Part shown: in pieces, positions 1-8,745 of the stretch | Layout: each line of letters opens with the position of its first letter | Numbering within the stretch: the first letter of the stretch is position 1 | Source of the DNA: Thermoproteota archaeon | GTDB lineage: Archaea > Korarchaeota > Korarchaeia > Korarchaeales > Korarchaeaceae | Assembly: GCA_027491735.1 (NCBI GenBank) | Contig: JAOZGP010000013.1 | Span: 1-14,337, forward strand | DNA: 14,337 nucleotides | Direction: 5' to 3' | Notes under the pieces: model-generated | What the model was told of the DNA's origin: nothing | Databases searched by the model: none | What the model saw: only the letters and a program-made list of their open reading frames with translations | Translations under genes and position numbers: made by a program

Positions 1-30
1 AGTTAGGTCTCCTTCGGACTTGCCCCACAT
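1..30 (-). CDS. 5' end of a gene running off the left edge (MWGKSEGDLT...), product unknown
   Basis: Minus-strand ATG at 30-28 is preceded, with a 7-nt spacer, by a perfect SD-like GGAGGTGAT (46-38). The frame is open to the window edge. Only 10 codons are visible. Confidence 0.4.
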   Translation of the reverse strand, partial: MWGKSEGDLT

Positions 31-371
31 GCCGGAGATCACCTCCGAAGAACTCAAAATCTAAGATCCGGAAGGATAAAGGATGCGTCACACCTTTAAC
101 ATCCACGAAACAACCCGAGGACCGCGAATGAATTTTTCCGTCAGTGAACCGAGGCATGATGTGGCTTCTGCAGTTCTTGGGGAGGACGCATCCCAAAAGC
201 CATCTGGATGTACCTCCATGGTCTCCTTCCTGACGACCTCGGGCTCCTCTACAGTTACGCAAGCCAGTCTCTTGCATAACGAATCAGAATATAGTTATAG
301 ATGACTTTTAGAGCGCTTTTTCAGGTAGAAGCACCTGTTCAACAGCTTCCAGGCCTGTCGAAAATATGAGT

Positions 372-383
372 AAAAGTTTTTAA
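372..383 (+). promoter_or_regulatory. Putative archaeal BRE/TATA promoter for the marC-family gene
   Basis: AAAAG followed by TTTTTAA, ending 23 nt before the ATG at 406. This spacing is typical of leaderless or short-leader archaeal transcripts. Confidence 0.5.
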
Positions 384-405
384 CGTCAGTGGGGTGGTAA
401 ATACT

Positions 406-1050
406 ATGCTCTCAGCGAATCTGCTGAACGCTGCACTCATCTGTACAGTGCAGATATTCGCCATACTCAATCCCGTAAGCGTGATTCCAACCTTCTTAGC
501 CATGGCTGAGGACAGAAGCCAGGAGGAGCTGAAGGAAATAGTGAGGATAGTCGGTGTGACCATATTCGCTCTGATGGTGGTGTTTGCTGTTCTGGGGGAC
601 CTGGTACTACAGTTCATGAGCATAAGCGTCGACGACCTGAGGTTTGGAGGAGGAATTCTCCTTATGATAATATCCATGGACATGCTGAGGGGGATGGCCA
701 GGACCAAGACCTTGGAGAAGGTGGAGTTTGCCGTCGTGCCTATATCCACTCCTCTCCTTGTGGGTCCTGGAACCATAACCACGGTGGTCATCCTTTCAGC
801 TGATCTCAAGGCGAGCTATGGACCCTTGGGCGTAGCGACGGTGATAGCTGCTGCAGCGGTAACAGCAGCGCTCACCTATCTGATAATGAGGTACGCCTCC
901 TCCTTGACCAGATATCTTGGGATAAACGGGATCAGAGCTCTGGGAAGATTTATGGCCATAATAATAGCTGCCACCGCTGCGGACATGATTCACAAAGCTG
1001 TATCAGATTGGGTCAGTGAGTGGTTCTCCTCGAGGACGGGAAAACCTTAA
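406..1050 (+). CDS. marC: MarC (UPF0056) family integral membrane protein
   Basis: About six hydrophobic segments and family motifs FAILNP..VIPTF, LRFGGGILL, AVVPISTPLLVGPGTITTV and LGINGIRALGRFMAII. ATG 406 is preferred over GTG 394 on TATA spacing. Confidence 0.92.
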   Translation: MLSANLLNAALICTVQIFAILNPVSVIPTFLAMAEDRSQEELKEIVRIVGVTIFALMVVFAVLGDLVLQFMSISVDDLRFGGGILLMIISMDMLRGMARTKTLEKVEFAVVPISTPLLVGPGTITTVVILSADLKASYGPLGVATVIAAAAVTAALTYLIMRYASSLTRYLGINGIRALGRFMAIIIAATAADMIHKAVSDWVSEWFSSRTGKP

Positions 1051-1081
1051 GGGTAAAATTCTTCCTGTGAAATGTCATCAC

Positions 1082-1930
1082 ATGAGCAGAGACCTGGTCT
1101 CCCTCTCGATGGTTGCTCTCCCGATCCTTTTCATCACCTCGGCTGGGCTGGTTGTTAAAAGGAGCTCTGAGAGGGAAAAATCAACAACCTCAAAGCGGCG
1201 AAAAAAAGTGGATGTGCTCATTCTTGTGGATAACAGCCGATACAACAACCTCAAGTCTCCTTGGGGGCTGAGCATGTTGGTCAGGGCCTGTGGCCATCAG
1301 GTGCTGTTTGACACGGGTCCGGACCCGGAGTCCTTGGGATATAATGCTGAGAAGCTCGGGGTTGATCTCTCCATGACGGATGCCGTGGTGATATCACACG
1401 AACATGGTGATCACGTAGGGGGACTGACATACATCGCCGCTGTAAAGCCAGGCATCAAGGTGTACGTTCCTCAGGGCATGAGTCCCTCCATTAAGAGATG
1501 GATGGAGGACCTTGGGCTCGCTGTGGTGGGCGTCGGTGACACAGCAGAGATATGCCCGTGCATGGCGGTTGTGGGGGAGCTCTACGGTCCTCCCTATGAG
1601 GAGAGCCTAGCTGTCAGGACGGGCGATGGCTTGGTGGTTCTGGTGGGATGTAGTCATCCTGGGGTGGACAGAATGGTCTTGAAGGCGAAAAGTGATCTTA
1701 GGATGAGGCCTTTAGCGGTGATAGGAGGGTTTCACCTGACCTACGCCTCGCTGGAGAGGATAAGGAGTGTGGTGGGGAGGCTGGTGTCTGAGGGAATTTT
1801 TAAAGTATATCCCCTTCACTGCAGCGGATCCCTGGTGAGGAGGGTCCTCAGAGGTTCTCATTCAGGGAGGTATGAGGAAGCTCATGTGGGAAGCTTGATC
1901 TCCTTCGGGGATGGTCATGAAACTAGCTAG
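1082..1930 (+). CDS. MBL-fold metallo-hydrolase (COG1237-like), with N-terminal hydrophobic anchor
   Basis: ILVDN, WGLS, LFDTG, SHEHGDHVGG (HxHxDH), GCSHPG, IGGFHL and HCSG motifs. ATG 1082 is preferred to 1016, which would overlap marC. Confidence 0.9.
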   Translation: MSRDLVSLSMVALPILFITSAGLVVKRSSEREKSTTSKRRKKVDVLILVDNSRYNNLKSPWGLSMLVRACGHQVLFDTGPDPESLGYNAEKLGVDLSMTDAVVISHEHGDHVGGLTYIAAVKPGIKVYVPQGMSPSIKRWMEDLGLAVVGVGDTAEICPCMAVVGELYGPPYEESLAVRTGDGLVVLVGCSHPGVDRMVLKAKSDLRMRPLAVIGGFHLTYASLERIRSVVGRLVSEGIFKVYPLHCSGSLVRRVLRGSHSGRYEEAHVGSLISFGDGHETS

Positions 1931-2780
1931 ATTCAGATACAAATTTCTCGAGAGCTATGGCATCGTTCTCGATGATCTCCTGATCCCAAAGGAGAGATTG
2001 GAGAAGGAGCTCGGCCTAACACTTCCCTGCTCGCTGGATGATCTGATAGCCCTTGGCGGGGTTGATCTCTTGAGGAGGGCCATGGACTCCACATCGAGAG
2101 GGTTCAGGCTGGAGGATGTGGAGCTTCTGGCGCCGCTGAGAAATCCTCCTAAGATGATATTTCTCGGTCTCAACTACATGAGTCATGTAAGAGAGCAGAA
2201 CGCCAGGATGCCTGGAGGCGTGGTGATCTTCCTGAAGCCGAGGACCTCCATAGCTGGTCCGTTTGAGGAGATAGAGGTTCCCTCAGACTACACAAGCAAG
2301 GTTGACTACGAGGGCGAGCTTGCTCTCATCATAGGCAGAAGGTGCAGGAGAGTCGACAGGGAAGATGCCCTGGACTTCGTTCTGGGATACACTGTTGTGA
2401 ACGACGTCAGCGCCAGGGACATACAATTCGCTGACAAGCAGTGGACCAGGGGCAAGTCTCTGGACAAGTTCGCTCCGATGGGGCCCTGGATAGTGACAGC
2501 TGATGAGGTGGGAGATCCCCATAATCTCAGGATAAGGACTCGACTCAACGAGGAGCTCATGCAGGACTGCAGCACCTCGGACATGATATTCAAGATCTCG
2601 GATGTGATATCCGAGCTCAGCAGGGGCATGACTCTGGAGCCCGGAGATCTGATAGCTACAGGAACTCCTGCCGGTGTGGGGATATTCAGAAATCCTCCTG
2701 TCCTGATAGAGGATGGAGATGTGGTGGAGATTGAGGTTGAAAGGGTGGGGAGGATAAGAAACAGGTTCAGGTTTGTGTGA
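1917..2780 (+). CDS. Fumarylacetoacetate hydrolase (FAH) family protein
   Basis: GLNY..H, IFLKP, VDYEGELALIIG, GYTVVNDVSARD, W.RGKS.D.F.P.GPW and GDLIATGTPAGVG motifs. Overlaps the MBL stop codon, suggesting translational coupling. The start is 1911 or 1917. Confidence 0.95.
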   Translation: MKLARFRYKFLESYGIVLDDLLIPKERLEKELGLTLPCSLDDLIALGGVDLLRRAMDSTSRGFRLEDVELLAPLRNPPKMIFLGLNYMSHVREQNARMPGGVVIFLKPRTSIAGPFEEIEVPSDYTSKVDYEGELALIIGRRCRRVDREDALDFVLGYTVVNDVSARDIQFADKQWTRGKSLDKFAPMGPWIVTADEVGDPHNLRIRTRLNEELMQDCSTSDMIFKISDVISELSRGMTLEPGDLIATGTPAGVGIFRNPPVLIEDGDVVEIEVERVGRIRNRFRFV

Positions 2781-3963
2781 GCGGCCTGACCTTCATGCCC
2801 AGCAGGAAGGCGACCAGTTTCACCTCCTTGGTGAGATCCCCCATGACGATTACGAGATGACTCCCGACACCGAGTCTAGCCAGGTAATCTGGATCCACTC
2901 TCAGGTCAGTGAGCACCTGAGTCCTACAATGCCCCTCACTAATCCTCCCACTTCTGAGAACCCTACACTTTCCCAGAACAATTTCGTTGAGGCTTGGCAG
3001 GATCTTGGCGAGCGTGACCTCACTTCTGAGGATCTTGCCCTCGATTCCCACACCTCCCCCGGACTCGAAGTGGGTTGTCAAGCGAACGTGATCTGTGATC
3101 CTGCTTGGGACTGTACAGTGTGCTAGGAAGAGCTCTCTCCTGAGATCAGATATATTCGCCATCCATGCGGGCTTGCCGGAGATCGACATAAGCAGGTGCA
3201 TTGTGAGGAGGGATGGGATGTCTCCCTCACATGCCGCTGGTATCCCCTCGTCCAGAAGCCTGCAGAGGGCCAGGCATCCAGTTCTTGGGAGAAGGTCGAA
3301 ACATCTGATGGTGATCGGCCTCCCAGCTGATATCCTTCTAAGGGCGGCGCAGACTCTTCCGGCCTCCAAGAGGTCCTTGCTGTCAACCTCCTCTCCGATC
3401 TCCCATTCCGGGATCTCTTTGAGAGCCTCCTCATCTCCAATTTCGGAGAGAATTCTCGAGAACTCTTCCATGGGTATGACCCCAATCCTCAAGCCGAGCT
3501 TCTTCGTGAGCAGAGATCTATCCACTCTGTTGTGGATCAGCCACTTGCTCGGTCCCCCAACAGATATGATCTCGCCCTTCAGAAACCTTCTTACCCCCCT
3601 CAGGGCCCTGTTCAGGTTTGGGAGATCTGGATCTTCGAGGACGATCTCTGCTCTGGTCATCTTTGAGATCTCGGGATAGGCCTCCAGGCAAGCCGCCAAC
3701 GAGTTATTAGTGCTGAAAGCTAGGAGAATGATGGATCTAGACATCTCAGCGATCCTCAAGATCAAATGCTCCGTGCCTCCTGTCAGAACCGGAACCACAA
3801 CCACGCTGAAATCATCGAGCTTTGGCAGATCAGACGATCTGATGATGGGATCAAACATCTCATCAAAGTCCAACCTCAGGAGAGGGTTAAGCTTTCCTCT
3901 CACAGAGGCTTCATCGTGAATTTCAGAGTGAACTGGGAGAAGGGCTGAGCTGAAATCAACCAT
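2767..3963 (-). CDS. L-fucose/L-arabinose isomerase-like protein (COG2407-like)
   Basis: LTGGTE, TIRCFDLL, GCLAL, ACEGD (metal-ligand ExD), AHCT, THFES, CRTQ and GSHLV motifs typical of short FucI/AraA-like proteins. Substrate cannot be determined. Confidence 0.82.
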   Translation of the reverse strand: MVDFSSALLPVHSEIHDEASVRGKLNPLLRLDFDEMFDPIIRSSDLPKLDDFSVVVVPVLTGGTEHLILRIAEMSRSIILLAFSTNNSLAACLEAYPEISKMTRAEIVLEDPDLPNLNRALRGVRRFLKGEIISVGGPSKWLIHNRVDRSLLTKKLGLRIGVIPMEEFSRILSEIGDEEALKEIPEWEIGEEVDSKDLLEAGRVCAALRRISAGRPITIRCFDLLPRTGCLALCRLLDEGIPAACEGDIPSLLTMHLLMSISGKPAWMANISDLRRELFLAHCTVPSRITDHVRLTTHFESGGGVGIEGKILRSEVTLAKILPSLNEIVLGKCRVLRSGRISEGHCRTQVLTDLRVDPDYLARLGVGSHLVIVMGDLTKEVKLVAFLLGMKVRPLTQT

Positions 3964-4007
3964 CAGGCTTAAAACTTAATCCCTTTTTATTAACATTATT
4001 GGGAGAA
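3964..4007. promoter_or_regulatory. Compact divergent promoter region
   Basis: 44-nt AT-rich gap between divergent ATGs (3963 minus, 4008 plus). AAAACTTAAT (3971-3980) could serve the plus strand and TTAATAAAAA (3993-3984) the minus strand. Confidence 0.5.
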
Positions 4008-4940
4008 ATGGACGTTAGTCCTCGTGATATCCTCGCAAACCTCATGCCGCCAGTATTTGTGCTATCTGGAACCATACTCCTTTACAGATCGCCGATAACA
4101 ACTTTTTCCGCAATAAAGCTGGAGATCGAGTCGATAAAGGTTTTTGTGGAGGGAGTTGCTGAGAAAAACCTGATAGTAGGCCTCAAATCATTTTTGGAGA
4201 TGTTCCTCATGAAATTCCTTATCCCTGAGGTGTTACCTCTAGCCCTGATATGTTTCGGCCTCACGATGGCTGTCTACCTCTACGACAACGTCCGGAAGGA
4301 CGCCTTGCTCGTCGGAATGACGATAGTTCTCCTGCTTGTGGCGGTGTACACAAGATCGGTGCCGGCAACCTCGGTCGTCCTGGCGGCCCTCATCACCTCC
4401 GCTGTGGCCATCCGGAAGGTGGACAGAAAGCTGGCTAGCATGTACGGATACATGAGGATGGTGATGAGGATCTTCTCCATGATAGCCCTCCTAGGACTGG
4501 CTGCGACAATTTTCTTACATTATCCAAAGTATTCAAAATTTATAGAAAAAGAGAACCTGGCCCTTGTTAACTCCATGATGGGGAGCATGCTTAAGAAAAA
4601 CCCCGCGGAGAACTACACGATAGGCCTGATGAACTCCTTGGAGAAGGCTAATGACCAGATATACTCCCAAATATCCAAGGACCAGAGGTGCGAGGAGTGT
4701 GCAGCAGCGTATCATGAGGCCCTGAGGAAGTACCTTGAGGAGAGCAGGGGCCTCGTGAGGAAGCATAGTGAGAGCCTGATTCCCTCGATGGTACATAACA
4801 CGAATTCCTTCAAGGCGTTGTGCAAGGGCACTCCTCTCTGGATCTACCTAGAGGGCATGCTAGCGATGGAGATAGTGTTCCTCCTGCTGCTAGCTCCGAT
4901 AGTCCCCATCATTCACGAGATCAACCTCAGGGTTTTGTAG
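4008..4940 (+). CDS. Hypothetical multi-pass membrane protein (about 6 TM segments, soluble loop with CxxC)
   Basis: Long ORF with host-like codon use: five hydrophobic segments, a roughly 100-aa polar region containing RCEEC, then a C-terminal hydrophobic helix. No family recognised. The start is ATG 4008 or TTG 3999. Confidence 0.8.
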   Translation: MDVSPRDILANLMPPVFVLSGTILLYRSPITTFSAIKLEIESIKVFVEGVAEKNLIVGLKSFLEMFLMKFLIPEVLPLALICFGLTMAVYLYDNVRKDALLVGMTIVLLLVAVYTRSVPATSVVLAALITSAVAIRKVDRKLASMYGYMRMVMRIFSMIALLGLAATIFLHYPKYSKFIEKENLALVNSMMGSMLKKNPAENYTIGLMNSLEKANDQIYSQISKDQRCEECAAAYHEALRKYLEESRGLVRKHSESLIPSMVHNTNSFKALCKGTPLWIYLEGMLAMEIVFLLLLAPIVPIIHEINLRVL

Positions 4941-4961
4941 AATCCCTCGGACCTTTAAATG

Positions 4962-4974
4962 AGAAAACTTTATA
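4962..4974 (+). promoter_or_regulatory. Putative BRE/TATA promoter for the 5014 ORF
   Basis: AGAAAAC-TTTATA is a near-consensus archaeal BRE plus TATA in the intergenic gap. Confidence 0.55.
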
Positions 4975-5013
4975 CCGATCTCGATCAAACTGACATTAGG
5001 GAGAGCGATTTCC

Positions 5014-5475
5014 TTGTCGGAGGATGAAGTAAGAGGGGAGGTCTGGTTCTACACCTCCTACACGGATGTCTTCCTTCCGATCGACTTGTCCTATGAGGAT
5101 GTGATCAGGGGACTTGAGAGCACAGATGGACTGATCGATCTCGTCAATGAGATCGCTGAGATGTTCTCGCGGATGATGGAAAGAGAGAAGACTCCCAAGG
5201 TCAGGTGGGCCTACTTGGACCTCAGCGAGGAGGAGGTGGTCATCAGATGCAGGATGGAGTACAGGGAGGGGAGCATGTTCTGGAGTGGAGATGCCTATCT
5301 CTTCGGTCTGAGAACTCCCTCACCGACATATAGTGAGAACATCGAGCACCTATCCGAGATCCTAAGAAGACATAGGAACATACTCGTCCTTCCGGAGGAC
5401 ATGCTCAGATCCCTTCCCTCTCAGAAGTGGGAATCCAGACCGGGCGTGGGGATCGACAGAAGCTATAGGGACTGA
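5014..5475 (+). CDS. Hypothetical acidic soluble protein (153 aa)
   Basis: Fills the gap between two genes, has host-like codon use (GAG, AGG/AGA), an upstream TATA, and a purine-rich GGGAGAG before the TTG start. No family recognised. Confidence 0.75.
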   Translation: MSEDEVRGEVWFYTSYTDVFLPIDLSYEDVIRGLESTDGLIDLVNEIAEMFSRMMEREKTPKVRWAYLDLSEEEVVIRCRMEYREGSMFWSGDAYLFGLRTPSPTYSENIEHLSEILRRHRNILVLPEDMLRSLPSQKWESRPGVGIDRSYRD

Positions 5476-5534
5476 CAGCCTAACTCAACATTTTTACGCT
5501 CATCTCTTCGACATTGGTCTCAGGTGGAATCGTC

Positions 5535-6809
5535 ATGTCCAGAACCTCTTACCTCCCCGGCTTCTACAAACTCTCCCCGGAGGAGAGGGTGAGGATAGTA
5601 AAAGAGTTTGCTGATCTGACGGAGGAGGAAACACAGCTCCTTCTAAAGGCCGGAAATTTAGATCTCTCGGTTGCTGACAGAATGATAGAGAACGTCATAG
5701 GAACCTGGCCCCTTCCTCTCGGCGTGGCCACATACTTCGTTATAAACGGGAGGGATTACCTGATACCCATGTCGATAGAGGAGCCGTCAGTCGTTGCAGC
5801 TGCCAGCAATGCAGCTAAGATGGCCAGACCCGGAGGAGGATTTGTGGCCTCTAGCACCGATCCGATAATGATCTCCCAGATACAGCTGGTGAAGGTCGAG
5901 GATCCTGAGGAGGCAAGGAGGCAGATACTGGCTGAGAAGGAGAAGATACTTGAGATAGCAAACTCTCAGGACCCAGTGCTCGTGAGGCTTGGAGGAGGAG
6001 CCAGGGACATCGAGGTGAGAGTGATAGACACCGAGATGGGCAAGATGGTGATCACACATCTCTTGGTCGATGTCAGGGACGCTATGGGAGCTAACACGGT
6101 TAACACAATGGCCGAGGCCGTAGCTCCCTTCATAGAGAGGATAGCAGGCGGAAAGGTGTACCTGAGGATAATATCAAACTTAGCGGACAGGCGTCTCGCT
6201 TCAGCCAGAGCTATCTGGAAGAAGGATGCGATAGGAGGAGAGGAGGTCGTGGAGGGCATACTTCACGCCTACACCTTCGCCGCAGCGGATCCCTACAGGG
6301 CCACAACACATAACAAGGGCGTAATGAACGGTGTGATAGCGGTTGCCAGGGCGACGGGCCAGGACACCAGAGCCATAGAAGCTGGAGCTCATGCCTACGC
6401 CGCCAGAAATGGGAGGTACACCACCTTGACCAGGTACTGGAGGAACGAGGACGGGGATCTGGAGGGTTACATAGAGATGCCCATGGCTGTGGGAATCGTA
6501 GGGGGGATAACGAGGGTCCACCCTATAGCCAAGATAGCCCTCAAGATATTGGGAGTGAAAACTGCTAGGGAGCTTGCTGAGGTGATGGCAGCCGTAGGTC
6601 TGGCTCAAAACTTTGCTGCCCTCAGGGCTTTGGTCACGGAGGGGATTCAAGCTGGGCACATGAAGCTTCACGCTAGAAACCTGGCCATGGCTGCTGGTGC
6701 TACACCAGACATAGTCGATGAGGTTGTTGAGAGAATGGTCAGGGAGAAGGCCATAAGGTTCGACAGGGCCAGGGAGATAATAGAAGAGATCAGACGTTCG
6801 AGAGGGTGA
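5535..6809 (+). CDS. mvaA: Hydroxymethylglutaryl-CoA reductase, class II (degradative/bacterial type)
   Basis: GFYKLS, IENVIG, EEPSVVAAAS, DAMGANTVNT, ILRIISNL-type RIISNL, THNKGVMNG, GQDTRAIEAGAH, GLAQNFAALRAL and GHMKLH motifs. SD-like CAGGTGGA precedes ATG 5535. Confidence 0.97.
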   Translation: MSRTSYLPGFYKLSPEERVRIVKEFADLTEEETQLLLKAGNLDLSVADRMIENVIGTWPLPLGVATYFVINGRDYLIPMSIEEPSVVAAASNAAKMARPGGGFVASSTDPIMISQIQLVKVEDPEEARRQILAEKEKILEIANSQDPVLVRLGGGARDIEVRVIDTEMGKMVITHLLVDVRDAMGANTVNTMAEAVAPFIERIAGGKVYLRIISNLADRRLASARAIWKKDAIGGEEVVEGILHAYTFAAADPYRATTHNKGVMNGVIAVARATGQDTRAIEAGAHAYAARNGRYTTLTRYWRNEDGDLEGYIEMPMAVGIVGGITRVHPIAKIALKILGVKTARELAEVMAAVGLAQNFAALRALVTEGIQAGHMKLHARNLAMAAGATPDIVDEVVERMVREKAIRFDRAREIIEEIRRSRG

Positions 6810-6810
6810 A

Positions 6811-6840
6811 CCTCTTTTTAATGTTTATATTTTTTCTCTC
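6811..6840 (+). terminator. T-rich tract: likely terminator of the HMG-CoA reductase gene, overlapping a TATA-like element for for
   Basis: CCTCTTTTTAATGTTTATATTTTTTCTCTC lies directly after the stop. TTTATAT (6824-6830) sits about 22 nt before the SD-like AGGTGAT at 6852-6858. Confidence 0.5.
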
Positions 6841-6862
6841 TACCCCGAGCTAGGTGATCTGT

Positions 6863-8728
6863 TTGATAAGAGGAGGGTGGACTGGAAGGATATTGAGGAT
6901 GAACTTAACTGAGGAAAAGGTTCAAATCCAACAACTGGATGGTAAGGTTGCTGTTGACTTCCTTGGAGGGAGGGGCTTCGCCATAAAGGTCCTTTGGGAT
7001 GAACTTCCTAGGGGGACCGATCCACTCTCCCCAGACAACAAGTTGATATTTGCAGTCGGTCCGTTGACAGGTCTCCCATTGCCAAGCAGTGGAAAGGTTG
7101 TCGTGGCTGCTAAATCACCGCTGACCGGTGGGTATGGGGACGGGAACATAGGGACGAGAGCCGCGGTACATCTCAAGAGAGCTGGGTATGATGCCGTGGT
7201 TATCGAGGGAAAGGCTAAGAGACCAAGCATCCTAGTGGTAGAGGACGATGACATCAGGATAAAGGCTGTAGAGGAGCTGTGGGGAAAGGATACATGGGAA
7301 ACCCAGGAGATCCTCGAGGAGGAGTATGGCAAAACTGCGGGAATACTAGAGATAGGTCCAGCGGGTGAGAGACTCGTCAAGTACGCTGTGGTCATGTCGG
7401 AGAAGGGAAGGGCAGGGGGGAGGCCGGGGATGGGAGCAGTGATGGGATCCAAGAACCTCAAGGCTCTAGTGGTCAGAGGAACCAAGGAGATACCTGCGGC
7501 CAACAGGGACAAACTCATCGAGATGGGTAGAGAAGCCTACAGTGAGATCCGCAACGCCGAGAACTACGACTTCTGGATGAGGCAGGGTACAATGGCTGCC
7601 TTCAGATGGTGTCAGGAGAACAGCACACTTCCAACGAGAAACTTCAGCGAGGGGGTGTTTGAGGATGCCGATAAGCTCGATGGAGAGGCCATGGAGAAGT
7701 ACTACAAAGTGGGCCAAAAAGGATGTCCTAACTGCAACATGCAGTGCGGCAACATAAACGAGATAAAGGAGGGTCCGATGAGGGGCGAGAAGGTGGAGAT
7801 AGACTACGAGAATATAGGAATGCTCGGCTCCAACCTGGGAATAGGGAACATGAACTACGTTCTGTCCCTCAACCTGTTGGCGGATAAAATGGGTGTGGAC
7901 ACGATAAGCCTCGGAGGAACGCTGGCCTTCGTCACCGAGGCCTATAAGAGGGGACTTTTAAGCAGAGAGGAGATAGGACTTGAGCCTGATTGGGGGGATG
8001 GGGAGACCTATCTAAGGATGGCGGAGATGGTGGTGAGGAGGGAAGGCTTCGGGGATAAGATGGCTGAGGGAACCCTGGCTCTGGCCAGAACGATAGGCAA
8101 CGGAGCTGAAAAGTTTGCCATACAGGTGAAGGGGCTTGAGGTCTCGGCTTATGAGTGTCACACCCTACACGGAATGGCTCTGGCCTATGGGACTTCCCCG
8201 ATAGGAGCTCATCACAAGGATGCCTGGTTCATCTCGATAGAGATAGCTGAAGGAAGGGACATAATCAATAAGGAGAAGGTCGAGAAGCTTGTGGAGATGC
8301 AGAGGAGGAGAAGCTTCTTCGAATGCGCTGTGGCCTGTAGGCTACCTTGGATAGAGCTCGGCTTCAACCTAGACTGGTATCCCAAATTCATGGAGGCAGC
8401 GACAGGGCTGAACTTCACTTGGAGGGACTTCTATCAGATCACCGACAGAACCTACGCTCTGATAAGGGCCTTCTGGATCAGGGAGTTCAATGGAAAATGG
8501 GACAGGAAGATGGACTACCCGCCTGAGAAGTGGTTCACGGATCCGCTCACGAAGGGACCCTACGCCGGAAGAACCCTAAACAAGGGGATATATGACAGAA
8601 TGCTCTCCTGGTACTATGAGATAAGGGAATGGGATGGGAGAGGCATCCCGACTAAGAGAACCCTTGAGGAGCTCGGATTGGACTACGTCATACCGGAGTT
8701 GGAGAAGGTAACTCCTCTCTCCGACTAA
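6863..8728 (+). CDS. for: Tungsten-containing aldehyde:ferredoxin oxidoreductase, formaldehyde:ferredoxin oxidoreductase (FOR) subfamily
   Basis: GW.GRILR.NL, GGRG, VAAKSPLTGGYGDGN.GT, GRPGMGAVMGSK, RQGTMAA..WC, CPNCNMQC plus distal ACRLPW (4Fe-4S), DYEN, DKMGVD (DxxGxD pterin/Mg) and GAHHKDAW match Pyrococcus FOR as I recall it. The start is TTG 6863 after AGGTGAT, or GTG 6854. Confidence 0.93.
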   Translation: MIRGGWTGRILRMNLTEEKVQIQQLDGKVAVDFLGGRGFAIKVLWDELPRGTDPLSPDNKLIFAVGPLTGLPLPSSGKVVVAAKSPLTGGYGDGNIGTRAAVHLKRAGYDAVVIEGKAKRPSILVVEDDDIRIKAVEELWGKDTWETQEILEEEYGKTAGILEIGPAGERLVKYAVVMSEKGRAGGRPGMGAVMGSKNLKALVVRGTKEIPAANRDKLIEMGREAYSEIRNAENYDFWMRQGTMAAFRWCQENSTLPTRNFSEGVFEDADKLDGEAMEKYYKVGQKGCPNCNMQCGNINEIKEGPMRGEKVEIDYENIGMLGSNLGIGNMNYVLSLNLLADKMGVDTISLGGTLAFVTEAYKRGLLSREEIGLEPDWGDGETYLRMAEMVVRREGFGDKMAEGTLALARTIGNGAEKFAIQVKGLEVSAYECHTLHGMALAYGTSPIGAHHKDAWFISIEIAEGRDIINKEKVEKLVEMQRRRSFFECAVACRLPWIELGFNLDWYPKFMEAATGLNFTWRDFYQITDRTYALIRAFWIREFNGKWDRKMDYPPEKWFTDPLTKGPYAGRTLNKGIYDRMLSWYYEIREWDGRGIPTKRTLEELGLDYVIPELEKVTPLSD

Positions 8729-8732
8729 AAAA

Positions 8733-8745
8733 TTCCTTCTTTTTT
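8733..8745 (+). terminator. Oligo-T terminator candidate after for
   Basis: TTCCTTCTTTTTT begins 5 nt after the stop codon. Confidence 0.5.

Noticed and set aside
83-304. 73-aa plus-strand ORF and overlapping minus-strand frames (MQETGLRN... from 277; MEVHPDGFW... from 219)
   Set aside because: No recognisable motif or convincing start signal, and I cannot tell which frame, if any, is real.
322-349. Nested short inverted repeats (CAGGT/ACCTG, CTGTT-C-AACAG, GAAG/CTTC)
   Set aside because: Arms are only 4-5 bp, within chance expectation.
4689-4715. CEECAAAYH as a c-type haem motif
   Set aside because: It is not CxxCH; the His is five residues after the second Cys.
339-8418. Numerous antisense or alternative-frame ORFs (e.g. 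339-809, 3095-3679, 6201-6671, 6922-7518)
   Set aside because: They shadow well-supported genes, are Ser/Pro/Leu-rich as expected of antisense frames, and carry no motifs.
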